NCBI RefSeq assembly: GCF_006345805.1
Contig: NC_043006.1
Location: forward strand, 5,084,001-5,148,000
Origin: Octopus sinensis
Lineage: Eukaryota
DNA: 64,000 nt
Direction of reading: 5' to 3'
How positions within the stretch are numbered: position 1 is the stretch's first letter; the number at the start of each line of letters is the position of its first letter. Shown piece by piece: positions 1 through 12,680 of this stretch. Made by a program: the position numbers and the translations under genes. Under the pieces are notes generated by a model. The model saw only the letters and a list, made by a program, of their open reading frames with translations, was not told the origin of the DNA and ran no database searches.

Positions 1-1539
1 CAATGTTACCATGTGTGACCCAGTGATAATAAAAAGATTGAAAGTAGATCTGCAATCAAATAACTTTACTCAACACTTTACAACTGAATCAGTGGAGGCA
101 AAGATGCCTCTCATTTACTTGACAATTTATGCAGCACATTGCAGAAATCACAATCTAAGTGTATGTCAAAGCAAACTCTTACACTGTTGTACCATTTAAT
201 TACAAATAATGCGCATCTTCTATGCTCAGATGACCCCACAGCTTCCAAGAGCACAACTGTATTCGTCTTTGTTTAGACAAATAGTTGGCCTCATCTTAAA
301 ACTAAGTGTTACTTCTCTACCAATGGCAGTTTTCAAATCAGCGTCTCAAAACGTATTTCAGATCTATCCAAAAATTATTTCAGGTGCAAATTCCTTGTCG
401 ACAAATACTGTTTGACTACGACTTTATTAAATTAAACTAACTATTTACGTCTAACTTCATAATACATCATCTTAAAACGAGCCACATATACATTACTCGA
501 GCTTGTTCCTATCGAGTACATAACATATTTCATCAACAACAATATGGCACGTTACCCTACTTTATCTCTCTTTCATAAAGAACGAAATGTTTCCACTCCA
601 GACGCACAAAGTAGGAGTTATGTGATATCCTGCCTGTCTTTTCATAAGAAGATACTATAAAAAGCATTCTGTTTTATAAATCAATTTATGATATAATGCT
701 TAACTGTATAAAGTAGGACATCGTTGACCTGCTTGTTCCCTATTTATACGTATTTTATGAAATCCAAGACTGTGTGAAGGAATTATATTTTTCGCGTCTC
801 CTTAAAGTGGATAAAATTAGTTGTTAGTTACCGGCGTAAATGAAGTTTGGTGTAGCAAACATATTTTATTGGAAGACTGAATACAAGGCTAGAGTGTCAT
901 TAATTAATTACTAATATATAAGGCTGACAATTAAATTTGATATTTGATCTTAATGGATTGGTATAGATTGTAAATCTGAAAGTGACACTTGACATTGAAG
1001 AATAGGAGTTAAATATTGGATGAACTCTAAAAAAAATGTATAACAGCCAAGTAAATGCTGACATGCAGGGTTTTCGATTTCTGATCCGGCGTTGACACTT
1101 TCTTAATTTATCCTTCACTCAAATTTAATACTGAAATATTTAACAAGAAGAGAGATACCACAGTCTGAAATATCGTTCAAAATATAAACACCATTTTCCC
1201 TTAACTATACTATAGTGCGTGTAGCATTAGGATTTTTGTTCCCATTCACTAGCCAACCTACGCTTTTATTATCAGGAAAGTAACAGCACTGAACAATGTA
1301 CTTTCGATATATACAGGGTATCCCAGAAGTCGCGTACCACCCTAGTTTTTTAAAAGAATACATCCTTATTGATTTTGAAAAACACTGTATTAAAATTAAT
1401 TGTAACAAATGCCCAAATTGAGTACCCTCTACAATAAAACATGCAGAAAAAATATAATAAAATGCTTTAATTATCTTAAATGAAAACCAGAATGGTGCGC
1501 AACTTCTGGGACACTTTGTGTAAAACTCTTGAAGTACTC

Positions 1540-2118
1540 AGTACTCAGCTGGTACTTATTTTATCGACTCCGACAGGAAAAGAAAAGGGGGCACTTGTAG
1601 AATTTGAATACAGAACGTAAAGACGGACAAAATATCGCTAAATATTTTGTCCGGGATGCTAACGATTCTGCCACCTCACCGCCTTAACATTAACTTGAAT
1701 GCTGGTTTCAAATTTTGGCAGAGGGCCAAGTTCGGGGGAGGGATTATGTGGGTTATATCGACACTAGTGTTCAACTGGTACTTATTCTATCGACCTCGTA
1801 AGAATGAAAGGAAAAGTCGTTCTCAGCAGAATTTGAACTCAGAACGTAAAGACGAACGAAATACCAGTAAGCATTTTACCCGAAGTCTTAACGATCCTGC
1901 CAGCTCGCTGCTTTAATATTAACATGAATATTAGTTTCGAATTTTGGCACAAGGCCAGCAATCTCAGTAGAAAGGGTTAAGTAGATCACATCGATCCCAA
2001 TGCTCAACTAGTATTTATTTTATGGAACCTCGGAGGAATTTGATCACAATGTAAGGGTGGATGAAATGCCACTAAGCACTTCGTCCGGGGGCGAACGACT
2101 CTGCCAGCTCACCGCCTT
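1540..2118 (-). mobile_element. Three tandem, diverged copies of a tRNA-derived SINE (family 'A', head GGCGGCGAGCTGGCAGAA)
   Basis: Reverse complement of head (…ctgccagctcgccgcc-like) ends near 1685, 1912 and 2118; the body motif 'ctggtacttattttatcgac' recurs; TTAACATGAATATT-like spacer between copies. Confidence 0.8.
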
Positions 2119-2280
2119 AATTAACATGAATATTCACAAACAAAATAACTTGTTTTTCTTTCCATTGTCTTATGACCACTGGATTAGATATCTACCATTT
2201 GCATTTGGTCACATGATACTATCTACTGTTTTCTCCAGTAAAAAAATTTCTTCCTTTTTGAGACTGTTCTTATAAATATA

Positions 2281-2670
2281 CTAACAGTATCGCCCGGCGT
2301 TGCTCGGGTTTGTAAGGGAAATAACTATATAAGCATTTTTAGAGAGTTATAGCCAAAAAATGCATTAAAAATGGAAAAAAAAATGATGGTAAATTTTTTT
2401 TTAAATCGTTGACTCGTAGACATTTTTAGAGAGTTACTTCCCTTATATAATAGCGGAAAAAATGCATTAAAATGGGAAAAAATTATGGTAAATTTTTTTT
2501 TAAATCGTAGACTCATGGTAGACGCACGCTAATAGCCAGAAGGCCTCGATATGAATCACAACTATAAGATACCCGGTTTTGGTTAAACTGCACCGCAAAA
2601 TGTGGGAGTAGTTAGGAATCTAAATCGTAGGAGACAAACACTCACACAACTTCACTTTTATATATAAAGA
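2281..2670 (-). mobile_element. Non-autonomous Helitron, copy 1
   Basis: On the minus strand starts TCTTTATATATAAAAG and ends with hairpin CCCGAGCAACGCCGGG then TTAG (CTAG in other copies); sits between A and T with no TSD; homologous to 13182-13578 and 32349-32746. Confidence 0.85.
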
Positions 2671-2699
2671 TATCCTGTCTCGTTTGCACCAGCTGTTAT

Positions 2700-3620
2700 G
2701 AATGCTGAAAATACTCTAAGTAACCAAAATTACGCTGTAACATCCCCTTTTAACTTCTGTTTCACATAAACCAATAAACTCTTCTCTTACTTTCTGTCTC
2801 TCTCACATCCCCGTACGAAATTGCCATCCTCTTACAATTTTTCCAACACAGTCATTTTTTTTCTTCCCATGCAGTCGCCTAAACTTGAAGTGGATGCAGT
2901 CCTCTGACAAGCTCAAGGCATCATTTGGACTGCTTAACGCCTCTCTTGTATTTGCTTGCCAGAAGACCAGGTTCCTCCCCCCCCCCTTTCATCGACACGG
3001 CTGCTTGAACAGTCTGTCCTCTACAAATTTCAGATTAGAGCAGTTGAACTTCCTGACCGCTCCAGTATTTACCCACACTTATCCGACTTCTTTAAAAGGG
3101 ACAAAATCTACACGGCCATCTAATCAGAGGCTCAGTTGTCCCCAGCCACGTTCAACTTGTGATCTATATCTTTGCTGTCCCCGATGATACTATATCTCCG
3201 GTGCCACAGTTCTACAAGGCTGCAAGTTTACGTCAAAGTAATCCACCAGTTCGGTTGTACCGCTTCTAAATTAATATACTGCATATCATACCAGATCTTC
3301 AAAGGACTGTAGACAGACGAAGCGAAATATTTTTTGAGATATCTAGTTCCGTGGGCATCTCGAAGGTATCTGTAACAATGCTCAGCTTCTCAAACTCACA
3401 CTTCGTTACATTAACTTGCCTGGCCAATCCTTCTCTCTGATTCCACCATCACTAAAGTTCCAGTGACACAAAAATTAGAATACTTCCAACTTCAATCACG
3501 AACTTCTACTCTGTAAGGTATGAACATATGCCCGAACCACTTATGATATACCCATCTAGCATTTAGCTCCATTTTAAACTTTTCTATAATGGCCCTTACC
3601 AACTAATTCCATCCATCCTT
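2700..3620 (-). mobile_element. Heavily decayed non-LTR retrotransposon (RTE-like) fragment
   Basis: More GC-balanced than flanks; weak RT-like remnants (e.g. 'EKFVIEVG' resembling the F.V.VGV.QG region); no open frame. Confidence 0.35.
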
Positions 3621-3820
3621 TATCCACAAAGTAATAGTTTGCATATGGCGCAGGAGTGGCTGTGTGGTAAGTAGCTTGCTAACCAGCCACATGGTTCCGG
3701 GTTCAGTCCCACTGCGTGGCATCTTGGGCAAGTGTTCTACTATAGCCTCGGGGCCGACCAAAGCCTTGTGAGTGGATTGGTAGACGGAAACTGAAAGAAG
3801 CCCGTCGTATATATGTATAT

Positions 3821-3867
<47 letters not shown>

Positions 3868-4066
3868 TATTATATATTATATATATATTAATAATAAATA
3901 TTAGGGAATATATCCAAATTTACAGGGAAAAAATCAGATTAGGATAAATCCAATTTTATAGTAAAATATTAATAAATATTATTGAGACAAAACCACTATT
4001 TTGCAAAACAAAACAAGGAAAGACTTAATCAATACATAAAATTTAATAAATAGTCAAAAAAAACCG

Positions 4067-4108
4067 CCACTACAATCGTTTCTTGTCTTGATCGACAATC
4101 TTCAGGGG
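4067..4108 (-). ncRNA. Minimal type-I hammerhead ribozyme motif
   Basis: Minus strand: ccc-CTGAAGA-TTGTC-gatcaa-GACAA-GAAAC-gatt-GTA-gtgg; the plus-strand arm has ccac as the stem I partner. Confidence 0.7.
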
Positions 4109-5577
4109 ACTTCCAATCTAAAAAATCAAAATTTTAAAATATAAAATAATACTTTAAATAATAAAGTATAAATGAAAAATATAAGTATATAATCCATATA
4201 TAACCTATATATAATCCTATCGAAAATTATAGACTAATTACCACGAATTCCCTAAAAAACAAATATAAAACAAAACTCTTAAAACATATAACGATTAAAT
4301 CACCCTTGCTACCCTATAACAAACCTATAAAGTAACCCCTAACCTAAACATTCACACACAAATACACACACGTAAACCACAGACTCACGACTTATACAAA
4401 TCCTATACTAACTTATAAACCTCAATATACACCAAAACCCACTCCCTCCCCACACAGACAATTAACACATACATCCCAAAACCTAATACAAACCCATATA
4501 CACATTCACACACACAAACCACACACTCACACGCAAAACACTCACACACAAAAAGATACTATACTCCCTCACATATACGCCTATACATACTCACTAAACT
4601 CGACATATAAACCAATACTTACACACCCACAAAAAACATTATATACATTTATGAGCTTTAACTCACTTAGCATCTCTAACAAACAACTTGCAAGTAACCC
4701 AATCCCATTCTCTATGCCTACTCACTACTACACTATTCCATTCACATTCAAAGCAACGCTAGTCCACCACCCGGTTATTCACGTGGCAAAACGAACACCA
4801 CTCAAAAATTATGAATGAAAAATGTATGTAAAAAAATAACCAACACCTAAAATAGACAAAATACCACAAATTACCTAAAAAAACCATGATAAACCAAAAC
4901 TCATAAAAGCATAGAAACGATATAAAATCTCCTTTGCTAAACCCATAACAAACTTATATAGCAATCCCCCTAACCTAATAAACATTCACACACAAAAAAA
5001 ACCACACGTAAACCACAGACCCCAGAGACTTATACACAAACCTATACTAATTATAAACCTCAATATACACCAAAAACCCTCCCTCCCCACACAGAAAATA
5101 ACACATACATCCCAAATCCTAAATAACAAACCCAAATACACATTCCACACAAACACACACAACACAAGCAAAACACACACACACATGGGTTTGTTATTTG
5201 GTTTTGGGATGTATGTGTAATTTGTGTGTGGGGGGAAGTGGGTTTGGTTTGTATATGAGGGTTTATAAGTTCGTATAGGATGTGTATAAGTCGTGAGTCT
5301 GTGGTTTACGTGTGTGTATTGTGTGTGAATGTTAGGTTAGGGGGTGTTACTTTATAGTGTGTTATAGAGTTTAGCAAAGGGTGATTTTATCGTTATATGT
5401 TTTTAAGAGTTTTGTTTTATATGGTTTTTTAGGGAATTCGTGGTAATTAGTTATATTTCGATATGGATTATATATAGGTTATATATGGATTATATACTTA
5501 GATTTTTTCATTTATACTTTAATTATTTAAAAGTATTATTTTTATATTTTAAAATTTTGATTTTTTAGATTGGAAGT

Positions 5578-5625
5578 CCACCTGAAGATTGTCGATCAAG
5601 ACAAGAGAGAAACGATTGCTAGTGG
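5578..5625 (+). ncRNA. Hammerhead ribozyme motif, inverted-arm copy with small insertions
   Basis: ccac-CTGAAGA-TTGTC-gatcaa-GACAA-(gaga)-GAAAC-gatt-G(c)TA-gtgg. Confidence 0.6.
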
Positions 5626-5711
5626 CGGTTTTTTTGACTATTTATTAAAATTTATGTATTGATTAAGTCTTTCCTTGTTTGTTTTTGCAAAATAGTGGTT
5701 TTTCTCAAATA

Positions 5712-5774
<63 letters not shown>

Positions 5775-6932
5775 GTTTGTGTGTCTGTGTTTGTCCCCCT
5801 AGCATTGTTTGACAACCGGTGCTGGTGTGTTTACGTCCCCGTCACTTAGCGGTTCGGTAAAAGAGCCCGATAGAATAAGTACTGGGCTTACAAAGAATAA
5901 GTCTTGGGGTCGATTTGCTCGACTAAAAGGCGGTGCTCCAGCATGGCCGCAGTCAAATGACTGAAACAAGTAAAAGAGTATATAAGGAAGTAGTGGTAGC
6001 TGTGTTTTGGGGCGTGTCACCATGCGATCTTCAGACGAGAGATATAAAAAGACTTCTGGGCCTTGCAGAAGGGTGAATGAAAGGATTAATAACGTAGGGC
6101 ATTGTATAAAGAGGGCTCTAAATCACACTGAATGCCGAACAGCCCAGAGTTTAATCTATTGAATGAAATATGTTATGAAATACCATAACATTGATTAGAA
6201 CAACATCTGAGGAGGTAAAGTACAAAATGTTCATATTCAGCCAAATTGACCGAAATATCAAATATCCTTGTAAGGACAACAAAAGTAACATAGACAAACT
6301 TCTGGTGTGTCACACATTTCTATTCTATTGCAGATTACACATTGTGGTCTGCTAGGGTAGAACATGCACTAATTTTCAACAAAATGTCCATTAAAACTAT
6401 TGAACTCTGTTAGATCAGTATCAGTGAATGAAATAATGTAATGAGCAAATTTTAAAAAATGACAAAGAGCTATTGTTCAAGAGAAACCATTTGCGACATC
6501 TGATCGATGCTGGTTTCCATGGTATTGTGATGTTTCAAGCAATTGTCTTCAGTATTGACTCTATTCCGGGGAAATGCTCTTAACTCAGGATTATTGAAAA
6601 GATGAGCTTATTTTAGTAATGAGTATATTGCTATTAGTAATATTAGTAATTAGTATATTTTAGTAATGAGTATATGAGGCGAAATGAGTATATTATCCAA
6701 AGAGAAAGCCAAATAAATCGTTCATGTTTGATAACGTATTTGATTTAGTGAACTGAAAAATACTGATGCAATCAGCGATTTTGAGATCATCTTATTCTGT
6801 TAGATTACAGCAGAGGACATTTTAGCTTGATAGCTACGATCAGTATACACGCACACTGCACTACAACCTAGTTTTATTGAGCTGATATGATTGTCATCGT
6901 AATTCCTATTGCTAATATATTGATTGAAAGAA

Positions 6933-7085
6933 GGCGATGGGCTGGTAGAATCGCTAAGCACTCCGGGCAAAATGCTTAGCAGCATTTCGTCCGCTCTTGA
7001 TTTCAAATTTTCGTTCAAGGCTAGCAATGTCGAAGAAGAGATAAGTCGATTACATCGTACCGTTTGTTCAACTGGTATTTATTAT
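6933..7085 (+). mobile_element. Diverged SINE family 'A' fragment
   Basis: ggcgatgggctggtagaatcgctaagcactccgggcaaaatgcttagc matches the family head. Confidence 0.65.
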
Positions 7086-7276
7086 ATATATATGTTTGCT
7101 CAAGCACACGACGCACCACTGGGAAAAGAACCCACGATCGTAAACCGAATACCCTAACCACTAAACCGCGCACCATTACTATCCTGATAAGTGATGAATT
7201 AAATACAAATAACCCCTGTTGTTGTTGGTTAGTCCCAGATCGGTTTGGATTAAGTAGATCTATGGTAAAACACCTT

Positions 7277-7507
7277 CTCTTTTACTCTTTTACTTGTTTC
7301 AGTCATTTGACTGCGGCCATGCTGGAGCACCGCCTTTAATCGAGCAACTCGACCCCGGGACTTATTCTTTTTGTAAGCCCAGTACTTATTCTATCGGTCT
7401 CTTTTGCCGAACCGCTAAGTAACAGGGACGTAAACACATCAGCATCGGTTGTCAAGCAATGCTAGGGGCCAAACACAGACACACAAACATACACGCACAT
7501 ATATAAC

Positions 7508-7538
<31 letters not shown>

Positions 7539-7687
7539 CAGTTTCCGTCTACCAAATTCACTCACAAGGCATTGGTCGGCCCAGGGTTATAGCAGAAGAC
7601 ACTTGCCCAAGGTGCCACGCAGTGGGACTGGACCCGGAACTATGTGGTTGGTAAACAAGCTACCTACCACACAGCCACTCCTGCGCC
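7277..7687 (-). mobile_element. OK-like tRNA-derived SINE
   Basis: Reverse complement of the 3647/5760 element with internal (TA)n. Confidence 0.85.
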
Positions 7688-8116
7688 TATGACTATCTCA
7701 TCTTATTTTCCAATACAGTATACATAGAACTATATTATCGACTGTACGTACTTTAAATGGTAGAGTGTAATATGAAGGCGATGTAGCTACATATTGTAGT
7801 GGTTTAACGATTGAGTCTCACGTAGGCTCGAACGTAAAAGCGATAAAATGTGATGTGAGGAAGATTTGGCTGTTATTACTAGCAGGTATAGGGATTGCGT
7901 ACAAACATCTCGCTCCGAGGTAACCTTTATATCTAAATTATGTATGCATATATATAAATATACATACCTAACACACACACACACACATATATATAACTAC
8001 GTATAATATATACATAAATATGTCTGTGCATATACATGTGTATAAATATATATTTGTATGCACGTGTGTATAATCATATATGTATATGCATACACGCACA
8101 CTAACACACACACAGT

Positions 8117-8199
<83 letters not shown>

Positions 8200-8593
8200 T
8201 ATGTGTGTGTATGGATGTATGTATACTCTCCTATGCGTATGTTTTAATTTGTGTGAGATGGATTTTGTCTGTGTACGTATGAGTTAAAATTATCTCTCGG
8301 AAAATGTTTTTTAATGAGCCGTTTCTTTTTCCCTTTTTCAACTATTAATCGCAAGCACAGCCCACGTCTCCCACCCCTCCACCAGTGACATGACTCATTC
8401 TCAATTGGGAATGAAACTGTCGCCTTGAAGTCTGCCTATCATTCTATTTGTCGTGCAGCCTCTCTTTTATGTAAATCTTTTACACATTCTGCCTAAATCT
8501 TTTACATGTAATTACATATATAGTTCAGCATGTATAGAATCATCCATACATGTGCGTGTATACATATTCTTAAAAGTATATGTATGCATCTCT

Positions 8594-8631
<38 letters not shown>

Positions 8632-8760
8632 GTTATGTTGTATTCCGTTTGTAACGTGCTAGAGCACAGTATAGAGCACGTGCACCTTTAGAATAACCCA
8701 GTAGTATAGGTAGTATTATTATATTCTTCGAACCCTAAAATTGGTCCTCGACGTGTGCCA

Positions 8761-9280
8761 ATATAAAATTGAGGAAATTGGAGTCAGGAAGAGGGAGTAC
8801 GGTTGGGACATTTGTTTATTATTCGCTACAGCTGTTTCGACACAACGCAGTTCACCAAGATTACAGGTATTTGATTATGCAACTGTTTGTTTGCATAATA
8901 AGATCTAGTTGTGTTTCCTTAGGCGATATACAAGTGTTGTCTCCATTAGTTTGAAATCTTCGACTTCAAGGCCATCTTCTCTGTTTGTAGTAGTTTGAAT
9001 TTGGTTGTGGCTGAAATCCTCAAGCTGCGAGTTGTGAGAGCGACATTGTCCGACTACTATGGAAGGTAGTGTGTATATACATATACAAACACATATATAC
9101 ATATATACATATACATACACATATACATATATATACATATATACATATATATATACATATACATACACATATACATACAACATAGACGCAGACAGACAGA
9201 CAGACACACATATATAGTAGTTTTCAATTGTAGAGAATAATAAACAAATGTCCAACCGTACTCTCTTCCTGACTCCCGAC
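8761..9280. mobile_element. Inverted pseudo-LTR region of a Penelope-like element
   Basis: ~8779-8835 is the reverse complement of ~9222-9277; carries an HHR on the minus strand; abuts the GIY-YIG fragment. Confidence 0.65.
8823..8926 (-). ncRNA. Hammerhead ribozyme motif with a core mutation (CTAAGGA)
   Basis: Minus strand: tcgc-CTAAGGA-aACACAAC…GTTGTGTc-GAAAC-agct-GTA-gcga; palindromic stem III ACAGCTGT. Confidence 0.6.
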
Positions 9281-9760
9281 CCCATCCCTCCTTCAAACGA
9301 GCCAACAACCTACGAGACCTCTTAGTCCACAGCTTCTTCCTTAACCCAACCTCCCAACCCGGTTCGTTCCCCTGCTCCCGCCCACGCTGCTGCACTTGCC
9401 CTCACCTCTCCAACACCACCTTCCTCATCGGCACCCATCATCGACCCTATCACATCACCGACTCCTTCACCTGCACTTGTCATCTACTGTATCTCCTGCT
9501 CTCTCTGCCCTTCTCTATACATCAGGAAAACGGGACGCCCCTTGGCTGACCGGTTCGCGGAATACCTCCGAGACATCCGACTCAGCAATGACATCCCGGT
9601 ATCGCGCCATTTCCGCTCTAGCGGTCACTCTTTGCAACACCTGTCTGTGTGTTCGGATTGTCTTTGCATAGGGGCATCCAGACTCCCGTTTGCGCCTTGA
9701 ACAAGGATTAATCTTCTCTCTTCACTCCTTTCCGCCACATGGTCTCAGCTCTTCAACTAA
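9280..9760 (+). pseudogene. Penelope-like element GIY-YIG endonuclease fragment (frameshifted)
   Basis: Manual translation: FKRANNLRDLLVHS…GSFPCSRPRCCTCPHL…ITDSFTCT / VIYCISCSLCPSLYIRKTGRPLADRFAEYLRDI…PVSRHF, typical of the PLE linker plus GIY-YIG (VIY…YIG.T.R). Confidence 0.85.
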
Positions 9761-10029
9761 CCTCCTCTCCTCGCCTCTCTCCCCCTCACACCTACTTCCT
9801 CCCACCCACTCTCCTCTCTTGCGCCGACTCCTACATCTTCTCTTCACTCCTACCCATCTTCTCCATTCGCCCATCATTGTCACCCCTCCCTCGTAACCCC
9901 ACACAATCCAACCCACCTTCCCTATCCATCCCATCCCACTCCACCCCATCCCTTACGCCCACTCATACATACCCCACCTCTACCCTCACCCTCAGCCTAA
10001 CCCACACCCCACCCTCCAGACGATAAGTA

Positions 10030-10620
10030 GGCTAGTCCAATACGTATAAATAGTGGACGTGATAGCTAGTCGTAAAAGCGTCGCGTAGATTTTTTGCGTT
10101 GATTTGTTGATAACGGAGTGTTTTATCGTAAGTGAGAGCGTTAAATATTTGTTCGTTTATAACTGTCCGAATTGTTAATTATTGTTTCTTTTCCCCATTG
10201 GGGTGAAAATGGAGAAAACGGCGACGGGTGGCCGCAGCTATGCGGCAATTAGAAATGGAATAGAGGAGGAAACGTTGGAAATAATTGAAATTAAGGTAGA
10301 ACCAAGGAAAATGAAAGAATGTGAGAAGTTGCTGGAGAAAGAGGGAGATACGTTGAAGTTAACACCGCCTGCAGAACTGACAAGCAACGTAACAAAACGA
10401 ACAGTTATATTTAAAACAATGAAAATAGCAACGAGAAAGATAGATACTGCGACAGTGGAGGAAATTGAAGAGTGTTTGAAAAGCATAAAAAAACTGACGA
10501 CATTTATAACAAGAGGAATGAGGTACTTTGAAAAGTTGGAACCAGTAATCGATTGGGATTACGTGATACCGTTAATAAAGAACTGTCTTTTAGATAGCTC
10601 TCAATAAATGGATAGCGAGT
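10030..10620 (+). pseudogene. 5' end and gag-like ORF1 fragment of a retrotransposon
   Basis: ORF 10182-10607 (MEKTATGGRSYAA…KECEKLLEKEGDTL) is paralogous to 11358-11591 (KECGKLLTNEGTAL). Confidence 0.55.
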
Positions 10621-10755
10621 AATAAGACTTTTTTATTGGAAAGACAATGCGTCAGGAATCCGATGTGGACCGCTGGAGAATACACGGATTGGCGACTTGC
10701 AATGGTATGTTGCATGTTAATTAATTGTTATTTAAATACCCGATAATAATGGAAT

Positions 10756-11186
10756 GGAATCTCTTCGGTTTGAACGGCAGTTTTTTCTAGCGGTGTCATA
10801 TGAAATTGTCACTCATAATTATGACCCTAGTATCGATCTATTGCATTTCAATCTGTTTTAGGGTTAGAGTTAGGGTTGGTTAGAGTTAGGGGTGGGGGAA
10901 GGGTATCTTTTTTTCTTCAGAAATGTAAATAAACCCAATCTGCTTCTTAAACGAAGGACATATTCATACGGCACAGAATGTTTTCAGCTCAATAGACGTC
11001 ATTGATTGGTTGAAATTGCAGAAATTGAAGAAAAAACAGCAAATATCTTACAAACTATAGAATTTTCTCATTAAAGCCAAGAGAAAAAGATGTTTTATAA
11101 ACACATTCTACCAGTATACGAAGTTTAAAAGTATTTAGTTACGTGGAAATTATTTTAAAAATCTGCCAGTCAAACCGAAAAGATCC
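10756..11186. mobile_element. MITE with ~25-bp TIRs and an internal TTAGGG-like tract
   Basis: GGAATCTCTTCGGTTTGAACGGCAG … CTGCCAGTCAAACCGAAAAGATCC are inverted; non-coding. Confidence 0.75.
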
Positions 11187-11357
11187 ATAGAATGTAAGCA
11201 AGATTAATGGCACTGCATGTGATATGAGAGGCGTATGCAGCCATTCTTAATCTCATTATTATAGAAATATTTCATTCACAATTCGTTCTATGTATTGTCT
11301 CCTCTGTGGTGTCCTGTCTGTTGTTGTTTCCCCTCCCCCCATCTATTTTGAGCCCTT

Positions 11358-12680
11358 GTGGCTATAATAAAGAAAGAAACAGTGACGGACGTAAAGGTAG
11401 AAACATGCAGAATTAAAGAATGTGGGAAATTGCTAACAAATGAAGGAACAGCACTCTCTCTAGTAGCGCCAAAGGAATTTTCGGAAAGTTTACAAAAAAG
11501 AACGGTCCTGTATAAGAAGTTAAGATTGTCCACAGGAAAAATCGAAACCGCGACGACAGAGAGTATAGAAAAAAATACTCAAAAATATTAAAAACCTGGC
11601 GTCTTTTGTAACGAGAGGTCAGAAGTTCGGAGTGTTAGAAGTCAGGTTCGCATCTGAGGAAGTAGCAGCAGAGCATGCAGTAGACGCGATTAGGAATGAC
11701 GAGTAGGCTTTCCTACCGAGTTACTGCGGGAAAAGAATGGCGAGAGTAAGGGTGGGTAAAATCCCACCCGAATACGACGAGACGTGGATTACGGCGGCAC
11801 TCTTATTCCACATGAAGCAAGAGTCCGAAAATATTTAAGGTAACAAGTTAGTTAGTTAGTTAATTTTTTGGCTCAAAAAGCAAAAAGCAAATCCATGTAG
11901 GGGGACATGAAGTTATGTACAGGGTGGTGTTCATGTAAAGAGTTCAGGCCACTTGAGGTCAAGGGAGACTTTGAACCGAGCGGTCGTCGGCATCTTCACC
12001 ATCTCGTCCGGCAGCTTATTCCACGGATCCGCAACCCGGACGGAGAAAGCCCCTTTCCTTCGATTGAGATGAAATCGTCGCAGATAGAACTTTTCGGAAT
12101 GACCCCGCAGCCGACGCTCTGGAGCAGGAGTGAAGAACAGCTCTTTGGAGAGGTTACACTTTCTGCTTATGATGTGAGCAAGAATGAGATCTCCACGGCG
12201 TCGTCGTTTTTCTAGAGAATAAAGGTCGAGCGTCTTCAACCTTTCTTCATAAGACAAATTTTTGAGACCATGAACCATGCGGGTAGCCAGCTTCTGGACT
12301 CTTTCGAGATGCTGTATGTCTTTGAGGAGATAAGGAGAAGAGGCTTGATTCTCGTACTCCAATATGGGTCTCACCAGCGTGACATAGAGCGGTAGGAATA
12401 TGGCTGCTGTGGAACTCAAAAGGTGGACTTTTGGAGACACGGGCTAGAAATGGAAATTCAAGCCACCCTGGAAGACCTGAATTCCATAACTGAAATGTTT
12501 TTTGTGTAGCAAAAGAGGACACAAAAAAGCGGACTGCTCTCGAAGCAAGGAGAAAGAGAGGGAGGAGAGTTCGACGCAGATAGAGGCAACCGTGGAAGAG
12601 TGTGGAGAAGAAGCCGAAACAGTGGATACGGAGGAGGAATTCGTGGAGGTGAAATCGCAGAGAAGAAAAAATAGAAGGGG
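11358..12680 (+). pseudogene. Second gag-like ORF1 copy with CCHC zinc knuckle, interrupted by a CR1-like insertion
   Basis: After the insertion reads C..CSKRGHKKADC (CX2CX4HX4C) followed by an acidic stretch and 'FVEVKSQRRK'. Confidence 0.6.
11846..12415 (-). mobile_element. 5'-truncated CR1/L2-like LINE 3' end
   Basis: ORF 11931-12440 (LYVTLVRPILEY…LERVQKLATR…RRRRGDLI) and (AACT)n tail; same family as 47440 and 53881. Confidence 0.9.

Larger units (their letters stand above)
3890..5720. mobile_element. Penelope-like/retrozyme-like non-coding insert with ~530-bp inverted arms, an internal direct repeat and two HHR motifs
   Basis: ~3970-4495 is the reverse complement of ~5187-5717; ~4240-4530 is directly repeated at ~4866-5180; flanked by (TA)n on both sides. 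Confidence 0.75.
3647..5980 (+). mobile_element. tRNA-derived SINE (probably octopus OK family) split by a ~1.9 kb insertion in its internal (TA)n
   Basis: Head 3647-~3810 (GGCGCAGGAGTGGCTGTGTGGTAAG…GGTTCAGTCCC, A/B-box-like); 3' half 5760-5980 ending …GACTGAAACAAGTAAAAGAGTA; contiguous in the copies at 7277 and 43866. Confidence 0.85.

Noticed and set aside
11-199. HCRNHNL resembling the hAT CxxH motif
   Set aside because: Single short motif without TIRs or other transposase motifs at the window edge
7821-7840. 20-nt match to the 3' half of the 62765 HHR
   Set aside because: Lacks the CUGANGA half and the 5' strand of stem II
10855-10900. TTAGGG-like repeats as an interstitial telomere
   Set aside because: Only a few degenerate units and internal to a MITE
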